Below are positions 18,015 to 27,401 of a DNA stretch of 64,000 nucleotides, piece after piece. A program made the position numbers and the translations under genes. How positions within the stretch are numbered: position 1 is the first letter of the stretch; every line of letters begins with the position of its first letter. Below the pieces are notes generated by a model. It had not been told where the DNA came from and searched no databases. It saw only the letters and a program-made list of their open reading frames with translations. Source of the stretch: Bacillota bacterium (GTDB taxonomy: Bacteria > Bacillota > Sulfobacillia > JAJZYS01 > JAJYTV01); contig JAJYTE010000009.1 of assembly GCA_021793215.1 (NCBI GenBank), forward strand, positions 4,664 to 68,663. Direction: 5' to 3'.

Positions 18015-19783
18015 CAGGCGCCCTCCTCTCCGCGGTGCATGATGCTCTCCTCGAGCAGCTGGCGCTCGTAGAGGTCCCGGTAGTGGCCGCCCTCGCGCAT
18101 GAGATCCTCATGGTTGCCGCGCTCGACTACCTGTCCGTCCTCGAGCATCAGGATGAGGTCCGCGTGCATGACGGCCGAGATGCGGTGGGCGATCACGATG
18201 TTGGAACGACCCTGGCGCTGGCGGCGCAGGCCTCCGAGGATCTCCGACTCGGTCTGCGTGTCGACCGCCGAAAGGCTGTCGTCCAGCAGCAGCACGGGTG
18301 GGTCCTGGATCAGGGCGCGGGCGATCGCGACGCGCTGCTTCTGGCCGCCGGAGAGCGTGACGCCGCGCTCGCCGACGAGCGTTTGGTATCCCTTCGGGAA
18401 GTCGACGACATTGTCGTGCACCGCTGCCGCCTTGGCGGCGTCCTCGACGAGGTCCTGCGACGCGTCGGGCCGCGCGAAGGCGATGTTGCCCGAGATCGTG
18501 TCCGAGAAGAGGAACGCCTCCTGCGGCACGTAGCCGAACGCGGCGCGCAGGTCGTCGGCGCGGACGTCCAAGAGGTCGACGCCGTCTACGAAGATCGTCC
18601 CCCGCGGCGGCTCGTAGAGGCGCAGCAGGAGGCTTGCGAGCGTCGACTTGCCGCTCCCGATTCGCCCGATGACGCCCACGGTCTGCCCGGGCTCCAGGTC
18701 GAAACTCACGTCGCGCAGGGCAGGTGGGAGGTTCGGGGCGTAGGCGAAGGTCAAGTGGCGGACGGAGATGCCGCCGCGCGGCGACGGCAGGGTCACGGCG
18801 TTCGGCGCGTCCCAGATCTCGGGCTTCACGTCGAAGATGCGGTTCAACCGCTCCATCGAGGCGGCGCCGCGCTGCAGCACGTTGATCACCCAGCCTGCCG
18901 CCATCATCGGTCCGCGCAGCTGGCCGAGGTAGAAGAGGAACGCGACGTACTCGCCGAGGTTCAGCTGCCCCTGCAGCACGAGGTAGCCGCCGTACGCCGT
19001 CGCGACGGCGAAGGAGAAGCCGCCGATCATGTCGACCAGCGGATCGAAGAGGCCCCAGACGCGCACGAGGTGCATGTTGCGCCGGACGTACGCACCGCTG
19101 CGGTCGAGGAACTTGCGCTCCTCGGCCTGCTCCTGGGCGAACCCCTTGACGACGCGGATGCCGGAGAAGTTCTCTTGCACCGTGTCGGTCATGTCGGAGA
19201 AAGCTGCCTGCACGCGGACGAAGCGCCGGTGGATCGTCTTGCCGAGCGAGCTCGCGACGATCGCGGAGATCGGCAGGGGCAGCAGAGCCCAGATCGAAAG
19301 CGGGAGCGAGATCGTCTGCACCATGATCACGACGGTCGAAACGATCAGCACGAGCGAGTCGACCGTGGCGACGATGCCCATCGCGAACGACATGCGCACA
19401 GCCTGCACGTCGTTGGTCGCGTGCGCCATCAGGTCGCCAACCTTGTGCGCGTTGAAGAAGTTCGCCGAGAGGCCCGTAAGGTGGCCGAACAGCTTGCGGC
19501 GCAGGCGGTACTCGATGCGGCGCGACGCACCGAAGCAGTAGGTGCGCCAGAAGAAGCGGAAGACGAGGATCAGCACGCCTGCTGCGAGCATCGCGAGCGC
19601 GTAGGGCAGAAGTGCGCGCAGCGCGGCGCCAGGCGTCTGGATCGTGTCGACGAACAGGCGGAGGATCTGCGGCGTGATGAGCTGCAGCGCGTCTGCCAGC
19701 ACGAGGGCCGTCAGTCCAAGGACGTAGGCGCGGAGCTCCGGGCGGACTAGGTCCCGGATGCGCAGGAATTCCCGGATGGCCAA
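18014..19783 (-). CDS. ABC exporter, BmrC/YheI-like half
   Basis: TMD + GRIGSGKS, LSGGQKQR, degenerate Walker B LLLDDS. Confidence 0.9.
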   Translation of the reverse strand: MAIREFLRIRDLVRPELRAYVLGLTALVLADALQLITPQILRLFVDTIQTPGAALRALLPYALAMLAAGVLILVFRFFWRTYCFGASRRIEYRLRRKLFGHLTGLSANFFNAHKVGDLMAHATNDVQAVRMSFAMGIVATVDSLVLIVSTVVIMVQTISLPLSIWALLPLPISAIVASSLGKTIHRRFVRVQAAFSDMTDTVQENFSGIRVVKGFAQEQAEERKFLDRSGAYVRRNMHLVRVWGLFDPLVDMIGGFSFAVATAYGGYLVLQGQLNLGEYVAFLFYLGQLRGPMMAAGWVINVLQRGAASMERLNRIFDVKPEIWDAPNAVTLPSPRGGISVRHLTFAYAPNLPPALRDVSFDLEPGQTVGVIGRIGSGKSTLASLLLRLYEPPRGTIFVDGVDLLDVRADDLRAAFGYVPQEAFLFSDTISGNIAFARPDASQDLVEDAAKAAAVHDNVVDFPKGYQTLVGERGVTLSGGQKQRVAIARALIQDPPVLLLDDSLSAVDTQTESEILGGLRRQRQGRSNIVIAHRISAVMHADLILMLEDGQVVERGNHEDLMREGGHYRDLYERQLLEESIMHRGEEGA

Positions 19784-19845
19784 GTACCTCCTCGCGTGCG
19801 TACCAAGACGAAGCCGCCGGTCCTCAAGGAATTGGGCATGCTTTC

Positions 19846-20346
19846 ATGCGGAGCGCCAATTCGACGAGGGGGGGGCTCGGGTTGCTGTTGCCGATGCTGT
19901 TGCTGCGGCTTCTGGTGGCGGCTCCGGTGCTGCCTGCGGGAACGCAGGCGCCGCCCGTCGCGCTGCGCCGGGCGGACGGAAGAGAAGTACACCTTCGGCT
20001 AAAGGGTCGCCCGCACCTTCTGCTGTTCTTCTCCACCTGGTGCAGGCGGTGTCCTGCATACGTCTCCTATGTTACTAGATACTCCGGACTTGAGCGACAG
20101 AACGTTGCGCTTGTCCCGATCGACCTCCTGCCGTCGGAGTTGCCGGGCGACGCGCAGGCGCTGTGGAAGCGGATCGGGCATGCGCACACGCTCTACTTCG
20201 ATCGCTACGGCGAGGTGACCCAGGCCTACCGCGTGACCGATCTGCCGACGGCAGTGCTCGTCGACGGGAAGGGACGCGTCGCGGGAGTGCTCGTGGGGGC
20301 GCAGGGCAGGAAGAGCCTTGATCACCTGCTGCGTCAGGCGCGCTAG
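19846..20346 (+). CDS. TlpA-like thioredoxin-fold protein
   Basis: Signal/anchor, FFSTWCRRC, YRVTDLPTAVLVD. Confidence 0.85.
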   Translation: MRSANSTRGGLGLLLPMLLLRLLVAAPVLPAGTQAPPVALRRADGREVHLRLKGRPHLLLFFSTWCRRCPAYVSYVTRYSGLERQNVALVPIDLLPSELPGDAQALWKRIGHAHTLYFDRYGEVTQAYRVTDLPTAVLVDGKGRVAGVLVGAQGRKSLDHLLRQAR

Positions 20347-20384
20347 GCGCCGCAGGTGCCCTCGGTCCGCTTCGCGAAGAGTAG

Positions 20385-21758
20385 GTGGCGGCGTCCACGC
20401 CGTGCCAGTTCTACCAGCGGAGGCGAACCGATCTGCGGCCGAATTTCCGGGTTCTGTCCATCTACCTTGCAGGCGTGTTCGTCGGCGCGCTCGACATGGG
20501 CATCGTGAGTCCCGCGTTCCCCCTGATCGCCAGGACCTTTCACATCACGCTCGCCTGGATGGCCTGGACCGTCACGACCTACACCGTCACCTACGTCGCC
20601 TCCACGGTGCTCTCCGGTGCGGCCGGGGACCGCTACGGCAGACGACTTCTGTTCCGGTCGGGCGTCGCGGCGTTCGGCGTCGCCTCGCTGATCGCCGCGC
20701 TCTCGCACAGCTTCGCCATCTTCCTCCTCGCCCGCGCCGTGCAGGGGCTCGGCGCCGGCGCTGTGTACCCGAACGCCCAGGCGGAGGGCGTGCGCTTCTT
20801 CCCGCCGGAGCGTCGCGGGCTAGCGCTCGGGATCTTCGGTGCCGTGTTTGGCGTTGCGAGCATGGTCGGACCGGTGATCGGCGGTGTTCTCGCGCAGTAC
20901 TTCGGCTGGCCGGCGATCTTCCTCGTGAACATCCCGATCGCCGCGCTGGTGCTGCTCGTCTCCCTGCGCCTCCCCGCGTCGGAGCGGACCGATCGCGCGG
21001 CACCCGACTTCCTCGCGGGCGTCGTGTTCGCCGTATTCCTGGCGACCGTCTTGCTCACGCTCGAGGTGGGAGGCCCCCTGCGCTGGGTGCTGCTCCTGGC
21101 CGCAGCCGCGACACTCGCCCTCTTCATCGTGCGCGAGCGGCGTCCGCGGGGCGCACCGTTCCTTGACCCGCGTGCATTCTCGGGCGTGCGCGGCGCGGCG
21201 CTCGTCCTGACCTCCGCGGTGATCGGCGTCGACATGTCGGCCGCCGTGTTCGTGCCGACGCTGGCGCAGCGCGTGCTGGGCTTCTCCACGCTGGGCTCTG
21301 GACTGTCGGTGCTGCCGGCGGCGTTCTCGGGCGCGCTGCTTTCGGGCGTCGGTGGCGTGCTCACCGACCGCCGCGGTGGACGCGTCGTGCTGCAGACCGG
21401 CCTCGCCTTCGCGCTCGTGGGTGGGGTGCTCCTCGCGCTCCCTGGGATGACGCTCTGGCGCTTCATCCTCGCGATGCTCGCCTTCGGGGTGGGGACTGCC
21501 TTCACCATGGGTGCGCCGCTCAACCGGCTGGCGCTCGCGCTGCACAGCGACGCGCAGGCGGGGGAGGCGCTCGCAAGTGTCGCCGTGTTCCGGTCCGTCG
21601 GCCTCGCGGCGGGCCCCGTCCTGCTGACGCTGGCGATGGCGTTCCATGGCTTCGAGGGCATGTTCCTCGGCGTTGCCGCCCTCTCGCTCGTCGGGGGGGT
21701 CTCGGTCCTCCTCGTGCCCGACAGCCGTACCCACGCGCGCCCCACGGGCAAGGCGTAG
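20385..21758 (+). CDS. DHA2-type (14-TM) MFS efflux transporter
   Basis: GDRYGRRLLF, ARAVQGLGAG, GPVIGG, WPAIFLVNIP. Confidence 0.9.
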   Translation: MAASTPCQFYQRRRTDLRPNFRVLSIYLAGVFVGALDMGIVSPAFPLIARTFHITLAWMAWTVTTYTVTYVASTVLSGAAGDRYGRRLLFRSGVAAFGVASLIAALSHSFAIFLLARAVQGLGAGAVYPNAQAEGVRFFPPERRGLALGIFGAVFGVASMVGPVIGGVLAQYFGWPAIFLVNIPIAALVLLVSLRLPASERTDRAAPDFLAGVVFAVFLATVLLTLEVGGPLRWVLLLAAAATLALFIVRERRPRGAPFLDPRAFSGVRGAALVLTSAVIGVDMSAAVFVPTLAQRVLGFSTLGSGLSVLPAAFSGALLSGVGGVLTDRRGGRVVLQTGLAFALVGGVLLALPGMTLWRFILAMLAFGVGTAFTMGAPLNRLALALHSDAQAGEALASVAVFRSVGLAAGPVLLTLAMAFHGFEGMFLGVAALSLVGGVSVLLVPDSRTHARPTGKA

Positions 21759-21854
21759 CTCCTGTGGCGAAAAGCTTCACACAACCTTCGCGAGACGAGC
21801 CGAAGCGCGTCGTATGATGAAGGTTGCAAGGACGAGAGGGCAGGAGGTGCAGCG

Positions 21855-22532
21855 ATGCCGAGGCCTCACGCGGCGCAGTTGGGATCAGGCGGGCTCTTGA
21901 TCGCAGTCGAGGGCTGCGACGGGTCCGGCAAGAGCACGCAGATCCAGCTGCTCTACCGCTACCTTTGGCGCCTGCGCTGGCCGGTGCACCTCACCAGCTG
22001 GAACTCGAGTCCATCGGTCCACCCCCTGCAGCGCAGGGCGAAGCGCGAGCGCCTGCTGACGCCGTTGACGTTCTCGATCGTCAACGCGGCGGACTTCGCC
22101 GACCGGTACGAGCGGGAGATCCAGCCGCGCCTCGCGCTCCGCCAGATCGTGCTGTGCGACCGCTACGTCGGCACGGCGTACGCGCGCGACGGTGCCCGCG
22201 GACTGGACCCGGGGTGGGTGGAGCGCGTCTACTCCTTCGCGCGCCCGGCCGATCTCACACTGTTCTTCCACGCCCCGGTCGAGATCGCGGCAGCCCGCAT
22301 CATGGCCGCACGCCGCGTGCCGAGTTACTACGAGGCGGGGATGGACCTCGGGCTCTCGGAGGACCCGGTAGAGAGTTTCAAGATCTTTCAGGGCCGAGTG
22401 CTGCGCCGCTACGAGCAGATCGAGGCGGGCATGGGCTACGTCCGGATCGATGCGACACGCCCGATGCGCGAGCAGCAGCGGATGGTCCGCTCCCGCGTCC
22501 TCGGCCTCCTCAAAGGGGGCGAGGCGAAGTGA
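21855..22532 (+). CDS. Thymidylate-kinase-like protein, intact P-loop (PPK3-like catalytic subunit candidate)
   Basis: EGCDGSGKSTQ, DRY, YYEAGMDLG; first of a tandem pair in a polyphosphate cluster. Confidence 0.8.
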   Translation: MPRPHAAQLGSGGLLIAVEGCDGSGKSTQIQLLYRYLWRLRWPVHLTSWNSSPSVHPLQRRAKRERLLTPLTFSIVNAADFADRYEREIQPRLALRQIVLCDRYVGTAYARDGARGLDPGWVERVYSFARPADLTLFFHAPVEIAAARIMAARRVPSYYEAGMDLGLSEDPVESFKIFQGRVLRRYEQIEAGMGYVRIDATRPMREQQRMVRSRVLGLLKGGEAK

Positions 22533-23188
22533 GCGGCCTTTTGATCGCGATCGAGGGCCCGGATGGCGCGGGCCGCACGAGCCAAGCCAGGGCGCTGGCC
22601 GCTTGGCTCGAACACCGGGGGCGGGAGGTGAAGCTCCTGCGCCTCAAGCACTCGAGCCTCGCGCGGGTGACGCTCCAGGGGCTGCAGCGGCGCATGGACA
22701 TCTCGGAGCGCGCGCTCTTCCTGCTCTACGCAGCGGACCTCGCCGACCTCTGGTACGCCGAGGCAGAGCCCGCGCTCGCGGCGGGGAAGATCGTCCTCTT
22801 TGACCGCTACACGCTGACACCGCGCGTGCGGGCGAGCATTCACGGCGTGGACCCTGACTGGCTGCGCGATGCGCTCGGGTTCGTGCCGATGGCAGACCTG
22901 ACGCTTCTCCTGGAGGCGCCAGCCCGTGAGCGCCTGCGCCGCCTCTTGGCTCGCCGGCGCTTTCTGCAGCCGCGCGAGACGGGTGCACTCGCGCCGACCC
23001 CCGAGCTGATGACCCACGCGCTTCGCTACCAGCGAAGGCTCGGGCGCCTGTACGCGGAGGCCGGCGATCACGCGGGCGTCGTGCGCATCGACGCGTCGAG
23101 ATCCCCGCAGGCGGTGCAGGAGGAGGCCAGGCGCGCGGTGCAGCGCCTCCTGCGGCGCAGGTCGCGACGCGAGGAGACGCCGTCGTGA
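22529..23188 (+). CDS. Thymidylate-kinase-like paralogue, degenerate P-loop
   Basis: EGPDGAGRTSQ (K to R), FDRY; GTGA overlap with the previous gene. Confidence 0.8.
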   Translation: MSGLLIAIEGPDGAGRTSQARALAAWLEHRGREVKLLRLKHSSLARVTLQGLQRRMDISERALFLLYAADLADLWYAEAEPALAAGKIVLFDRYTLTPRVRASIHGVDPDWLRDALGFVPMADLTLLLEAPARERLRRLLARRRFLQPRETGALAPTPELMTHALRYQRRLGRLYAEAGDHAGVVRIDASRSPQAVQEEARRAVQRLLRRRSRREETPS

Positions 23189-23775
23189 GCGTCGCAGAGC
23201 GCCTCGCGGACTTCGACAGCGATGTGCTCGCGGTGTGCCGGAAGTACGCCTGCGACCTCGAGCACTCGCAGCACGTCGCGAACCTCGCCGACATCCTCTT
23301 CGACGCCTTCCTGCCGCTGCACGCCCTTTCGGACGAGGAGCGCGTCGTGCTGCGGCACGCAGCGCTCTTGCACGACATCGGCTACTTCGTCGACCGCAAG
23401 GGGCACCACCGCCACGGCGCCTACCTCGTGCGCAGCGACGAACACCTGTCGGATTACCCTTTGGACCTTCGCGACCTGTGCGCCGGAGTGGTGCGCAACC
23501 ATCGACGCCGTGCCAGGCCGGGGCCGAAGGCGATGGGCCGGCAACGGCGCGAGGCCGTGCGCTGGCTGAGCGCGCTGCTGCGCGTGGCGGACGCGCTCGA
23601 CTACGAGCACGAGCAGCGCGCCGCGATCGCGGGCGTACGGGCGCGTGGCCGCGGCTTCGAGATCCAGGTCGCGGGCCTCGACCCCTTGCGCCTTGGAGAC
23701 CGACTGCAGGCGAAGGCGGATCTCTTGGCGCAGGCGGCGGGCGGCCCGGTGCACTTCGAGAGGGAGGGCGCGTGA
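23185..23775 (+). CDS. Stand-alone HD-domain protein resembling the Ppx/GppA C-terminal domain
   Basis: HSQHVANLA, AALLHDIGYFV..GHHRHGAYL, LRVADALD. Confidence 0.85.
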   Translation: MSVAERLADFDSDVLAVCRKYACDLEHSQHVANLADILFDAFLPLHALSDEERVVLRHAALLHDIGYFVDRKGHHRHGAYLVRSDEHLSDYPLDLRDLCAGVVRNHRRRARPGPKAMGRQRREAVRWLSALLRVADALDYEHEQRAAIAGVRARGRGFEIQVAGLDPLRLGDRLQAKADLLAQAAGGPVHFEREGA

Positions 23776-25283
23776 GCGGGGTGGAGCGCAGCGCCGTGAT
23801 CGACCTCGGATCGAACTCGGTGCGCATGATGGTCGTGGAGGTCGCGCGCTCGGGCGCGTGGCGGGTGCTGGACGAGGAGCGCGCGATTCTCCGCCTCGGC
23901 GACGCCCTTGCGAGAAGGGGCGTGCTCGCGGAGGACCTCGCGCGCGCGCAGTACGTCTTCAGCGCGCTCGTGGCGCGCGCGCGCTCCCTCGGCGCGAGTC
24001 GGATCGCGGCCGTCGGGACGGCGGCCCTGCGCGACGCCCGCGACGGCGCGGCGTTCAGCGCGGCGCTGGCGCGCCAATCGAATGTGCCGATCCGCATCCT
24101 CGAAGGGGTGGAGGAGGCGGAACTCGGCTTCCTTGGCGCCATGCACACGCTCGCGGTGCACAGTGGCAACCTCGTCGACGTCGGCGGAGCGAGCAGCGAG
24201 ATCAGCCAGTTCGAGGCGCGTGCACTGCGCCGCGCCGCCAGCGCGCCCGTCGGCGCCGTGACGCTGACGCGTCGCGTGCTGCGGTCGGATCCGCCGGCGA
24301 AGGCGGAGATCGACGCGATGAAGGCGATCGCGGACGAGGCGGTGCGCGCGGCGATGCCGGACCCGGCGCAGGGGCTTCCGCTCGTCGCGCTCGGTGGCAG
24401 CTTCCGCTCGATCGCGAAGATGCACCGTGCCCAGGTCGGGTACAGCTTCCCGAGCCTTCACAACTACCGCATGCCGCCCACCGCGATCACGGAGCTGCGC
24501 GAGCGCGTTCTCAGACTGCCGCAGCACCAGCGCCTCGTCGTGCCGGGGCTCGCCGTGCACCGTGCCGAGACCGCGGCGGCGGCGTTGACGCTCGCGCAGG
24601 CGATCTCCGACCACCTGGCGCCGAGCGAGATCGTGATCAGCGGGTCCGGCCTTCGGGAGGGCATGCTTTACCAGCGCATCCTACCGGGGCAGCGCGAGAT
24701 CCCGGACGACGTCTTCGCCCCGAGCGTGCGAAACGTGCTGTTCCAGCTCGGCGAGCAGCCGGACGAGGACGTCCTGGCCTGGGCGGAGCAGCTGCTCGCG
24801 GCGCTCTCGCCGCTCCTGGGACAGGGGGAGCCCGGCATCGGCGGCGCCGCCGCGCAGCTCCGAGGCATCGGTAGGCGCGTGAACTTCTACGACCGCAACC
24901 GCCACACGTTCACGCTCGTCGCGAGCGCCCGCATCTTCGGCCTGACACACAAGCAGCAGCTCGTGCTGGCCGCCAGCGCTTCCTACGAGGGCCCGCGCCA
25001 TACGCGCGACCGCATGCAGGGCTTCGGCACGCTCGTGGACCGCGCCGACATCCTGCTTGCGCAGAGGATTGGCCTGACGGTGGCCTACGCGGAGGCGATG
25101 GCGCGCCAGGCCCCGCTATCGAGGCCGCGCATCACCGCCACGATTGAGCCGGCGCGCATCGAGCTGCGCCTCTCTGGCGTCGAGCGCCCGCCGGACGTCC
25201 CGTTCGACGAGGCGGCGCGACTTGGCGGCCAGTTCGGCAAGGTGTTCGGTCGCAAGCTCGCGGTGCGCCACGTCGACGACTAG
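23772..25283 (+). CDS. ppx: Ppx/GppA exopolyphosphatase
   Basis: IDLGSNSVRM, EEAELG, DVGGASSE, SGLREG. Confidence 0.9.
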   Translation: MSGVERSAVIDLGSNSVRMMVVEVARSGAWRVLDEERAILRLGDALARRGVLAEDLARAQYVFSALVARARSLGASRIAAVGTAALRDARDGAAFSAALARQSNVPIRILEGVEEAELGFLGAMHTLAVHSGNLVDVGGASSEISQFEARALRRAASAPVGAVTLTRRVLRSDPPAKAEIDAMKAIADEAVRAAMPDPAQGLPLVALGGSFRSIAKMHRAQVGYSFPSLHNYRMPPTAITELRERVLRLPQHQRLVVPGLAVHRAETAAAALTLAQAISDHLAPSEIVISGSGLREGMLYQRILPGQREIPDDVFAPSVRNVLFQLGEQPDEDVLAWAEQLLAALSPLLGQGEPGIGGAAAQLRGIGRRVNFYDRNRHTFTLVASARIFGLTHKQQLVLAASASYEGPRHTRDRMQGFGTLVDRADILLAQRIGLTVAYAEAMARQAPLSRPRITATIEPARIELRLSGVERPPDVPFDEAARLGGQFGKVFGRKLAVRHVDD

Positions 25284-26083
25284 GTCGTCAGCGCTTCGAT
25301 CTCCTCGCCGGCCGGCGGCCAGTCCATCTTGAGGTCCTCCAGCGCCTTGACGAGCACCTGCGCGACGCAGAGGTTTCGGTACCATTTGTGGTCCGCGGGG
25401 ATCACGTACCACGGGGCGTGCTGCGTGCTCGTGCGGCGCATCGCGTCCTCGTAGGCGGCCTGGTACTCGTCCCAGCGCTTGCGTTCCGCGAAGTCGGAGG
25501 CGCTGAGCTTCCAGTGCTTGCCCGGCTGGTCCAAACGCTCCTTGAGGCGCCGTTCCTGCTCGTCCTTCGAGATGTGCAGGAAGAACTTGCGGATCACGAC
25601 GTCCTCGTCGGCGAGGTGTCGCTCGAAGTGCCGGATCGCGCGCAACCTCTGGTGCGCCTTCTTCTCCGAGATCTCGCCGTGCACGCGCACGATCAGGACG
25701 TCCTCGTACTGCGAGCGGTTGAAGATGCCGATCGTGCCGCGCGGCGGTACGCGCCGGTGGATGCGCCAGAGGAAGTCGTGCGCGAGTTCCTCCGCGCTCG
25801 GCTGCTTGAACGAGTTCACGACTGTTCCCTGCGGCGAAAGGCCCTGCAGGACGTGGCGGATCGTGCCGTCCTTGCCGCTCGTGTCCATGCCCTGCAGCAC
25901 GACGAGCAGTGCCTTGCTCTGGTTGGCGTAGAGGAGGTCGTGCAGCTCCGAAAGGCGCTTGACGTCCTTCGCCAGCGCCTCCTTCGCGTCGTCCTCCGTC
26001 ATGCCCGAGGTGTCGGAGGGGTCGACCTCGCCAAGCGAAACCTTCTCCCCCACGGGATCCGTCCGAAGCGTTCGCTTTCCCAT
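25280..26083 (-). CDS. ppk2: Polyphosphate kinase 2 (class III-like)
   Basis: LQGMDTSGKDGTI, FKQPS..HDFLWR, FNRSQYEDVL, PWYVIPADHKWYRN. Confidence 0.93.
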   Translation of the reverse strand: MGKRTLRTDPVGEKVSLGEVDPSDTSGMTEDDAKEALAKDVKRLSELHDLLYANQSKALLVVLQGMDTSGKDGTIRHVLQGLSPQGTVVNSFKQPSAEELAHDFLWRIHRRVPPRGTIGIFNRSQYEDVLIVRVHGEISEKKAHQRLRAIRHFERHLADEDVVIRKFFLHISKDEQERRLKERLDQPGKHWKLSASDFAERKRWDEYQAAYEDAMRRTSTQHAPWYVIPADHKWYRNLCVAQVLVKALEDLKMDWPPAGEEIEALTT

Positions 26084-26120
26084 CCCATCGCCTCCATGGT
26101 TCAGTATCGGCGGCGGCGAC

Positions 26121-26657
26121 TCATCGCCGCGCACTCGTCCCGCTGTAGCGCAAGCGGTGGCGCCGGTCGTACCGCTGCGCGCAGATCGCGCACGATACGG
26201 CCTTGCGCCCCGGGTGGCGCGTGAGCCAGTGCTCATGGCCAGCGGGACAAAGGTAAAGGTGGCGCAGGCGAGGGGACGCGGCAGCGATCCGCCGCATCAG
26301 CTCGCGGTCCGGGAAGCGTTCGAATCCCCACTCCCGCTGTAGCGCGCGAAAGAGCGGTCCGTGGCCTGCGCGCGGATGGCCCTTCTCCGCGAGATGGTAG
26401 TGGGCGAGCTCGTGGCGCAGCAGGTCCTCGCGCTGCGCCGAGCTTGCCTGCTCTAGGTAGCGTGCACTGAGCACGATGAGGTGCTTCCCGTCAGCGCAGC
26501 GGTAGTGGCCCGCAGTGCGCGCCCTCATGCGCGCCGAGCGCAGCACGATCGCGGCGCAATCCTCGCCGGTGAGGGAGCGGTAGATCGCATGCGCCTGCGC
26601 CGTGAGGTCCGGCGCGAGGCGCTGGCCGCGACCCGCGGGAGCGTCAGATCGCGGCAC
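26121..26657 (-). CDS. SprT-family metalloprotease with Zn ribbon
   Basis: RHELAH..GHGPLF; YLCPAGH..CAIC. Confidence 0.85.
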   Translation of the reverse strand: MPRSDAPAGRGQRLAPDLTAQAHAIYRSLTGEDCAAIVLRSARMRARTAGHYRCADGKHLIVLSARYLEQASSAQREDLLRHELAHYHLAEKGHPRAGHGPLFRALQREWGFERFPDRELMRRIAAASPRLRHLYLCPAGHEHWLTRHPGRKAVSCAICAQRYDRRHRLRYSGTSARR

Positions 26658-27285
26658 TGCGGTCGTCTCCCGTCGCGGCGTGAACGGTGCGGTCGATCTT
26701 GCGAAGCCGCAGTCCGTCGCCACCGTCCCGGGACTCGAGCAGGAGGACGCTCGCGTTCGGCATGCCAAGCAGGCGCCCGTCCGCGTCGCGCAGCCGGCCG
26801 AGGTGCCAGAGCAGGCTGCGCAGCGTGTGCTGGTGCGTGAAGAGCACGAGCGGCTGCGCGGGTGGCGCCTCCGCGCAGAGGCTGGAGATCAAGGTGCGGG
26901 TGCGCGCGAGGACGGCCTCGAGCGACTCGCCGCCCGGTGGCGCGATCTCGGGCTCAATGCGCCAGCGCTGGTAGACGGGATCGGCGGAGAGTTGCTCGGG
27001 GCCGCGGCCGTCCCACGCGCCGACCTCCACCTCGCGCAGCGCGCCCTCGGACTCGATGCGCGCCCCGATGCGCGCGGCGAAGGCGGACGCGGTCTCCTGC
27101 GTGCGGCGGAAGGGACTCGCGTAGACGACGGTGGGGGCGAGGTCCCACCCGGTGAGGAGATCCGCAAGGCGCCGCGCCTGCAGCGCTCCGAGGGCCGTGA
27201 GCGGGGCTCCTGGCGGCGTCGAGTCGAACCGGCGATCGACGTTCGCCTCGCTCTCGGCGTGCCGCACTACGTATATGTCGCGCAA
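26644..27285 (-). CDS. Histidine phosphatase family protein
   Basis: YVVRHAES, SPFRRTQETA, LREVEVGAWDG, GGES, FTH. Confidence 0.9.
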   Translation of the reverse strand: MRDIYVVRHAESEANVDRRFDSTPPGAPLTALGALQARRLADLLTGWDLAPTVVYASPFRRTQETASAFAARIGARIESEGALREVEVGAWDGRGPEQLSADPVYQRWRIEPEIAPPGGESLEAVLARTRTLISSLCAEAPPAQPLVLFTHQHTLRSLLWHLGRLRDADGRLLGMPNASVLLLESRDGGDGLRLRKIDRTVHAATGDDRSAAI

Positions 27286-27401
27286 ACGCACACCTCGCTT
27301 CGCTCGGCTACAGTCCGCTTCCGTTCCTGCAGGGCAAGATCCTGCAGGAACGGCGCTCGCCCGCCTCCAGGTAGAAGGAGGTGGGCGAGCGGGAGCGCGC
27401 A

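Noticed and set aside
21855-23188. Calling these genes tmk
   Set aside because: Tandem paralogues in a polyphosphate cluster, one with a broken P-loop; true Tmk is normally single and housekeeping-linked
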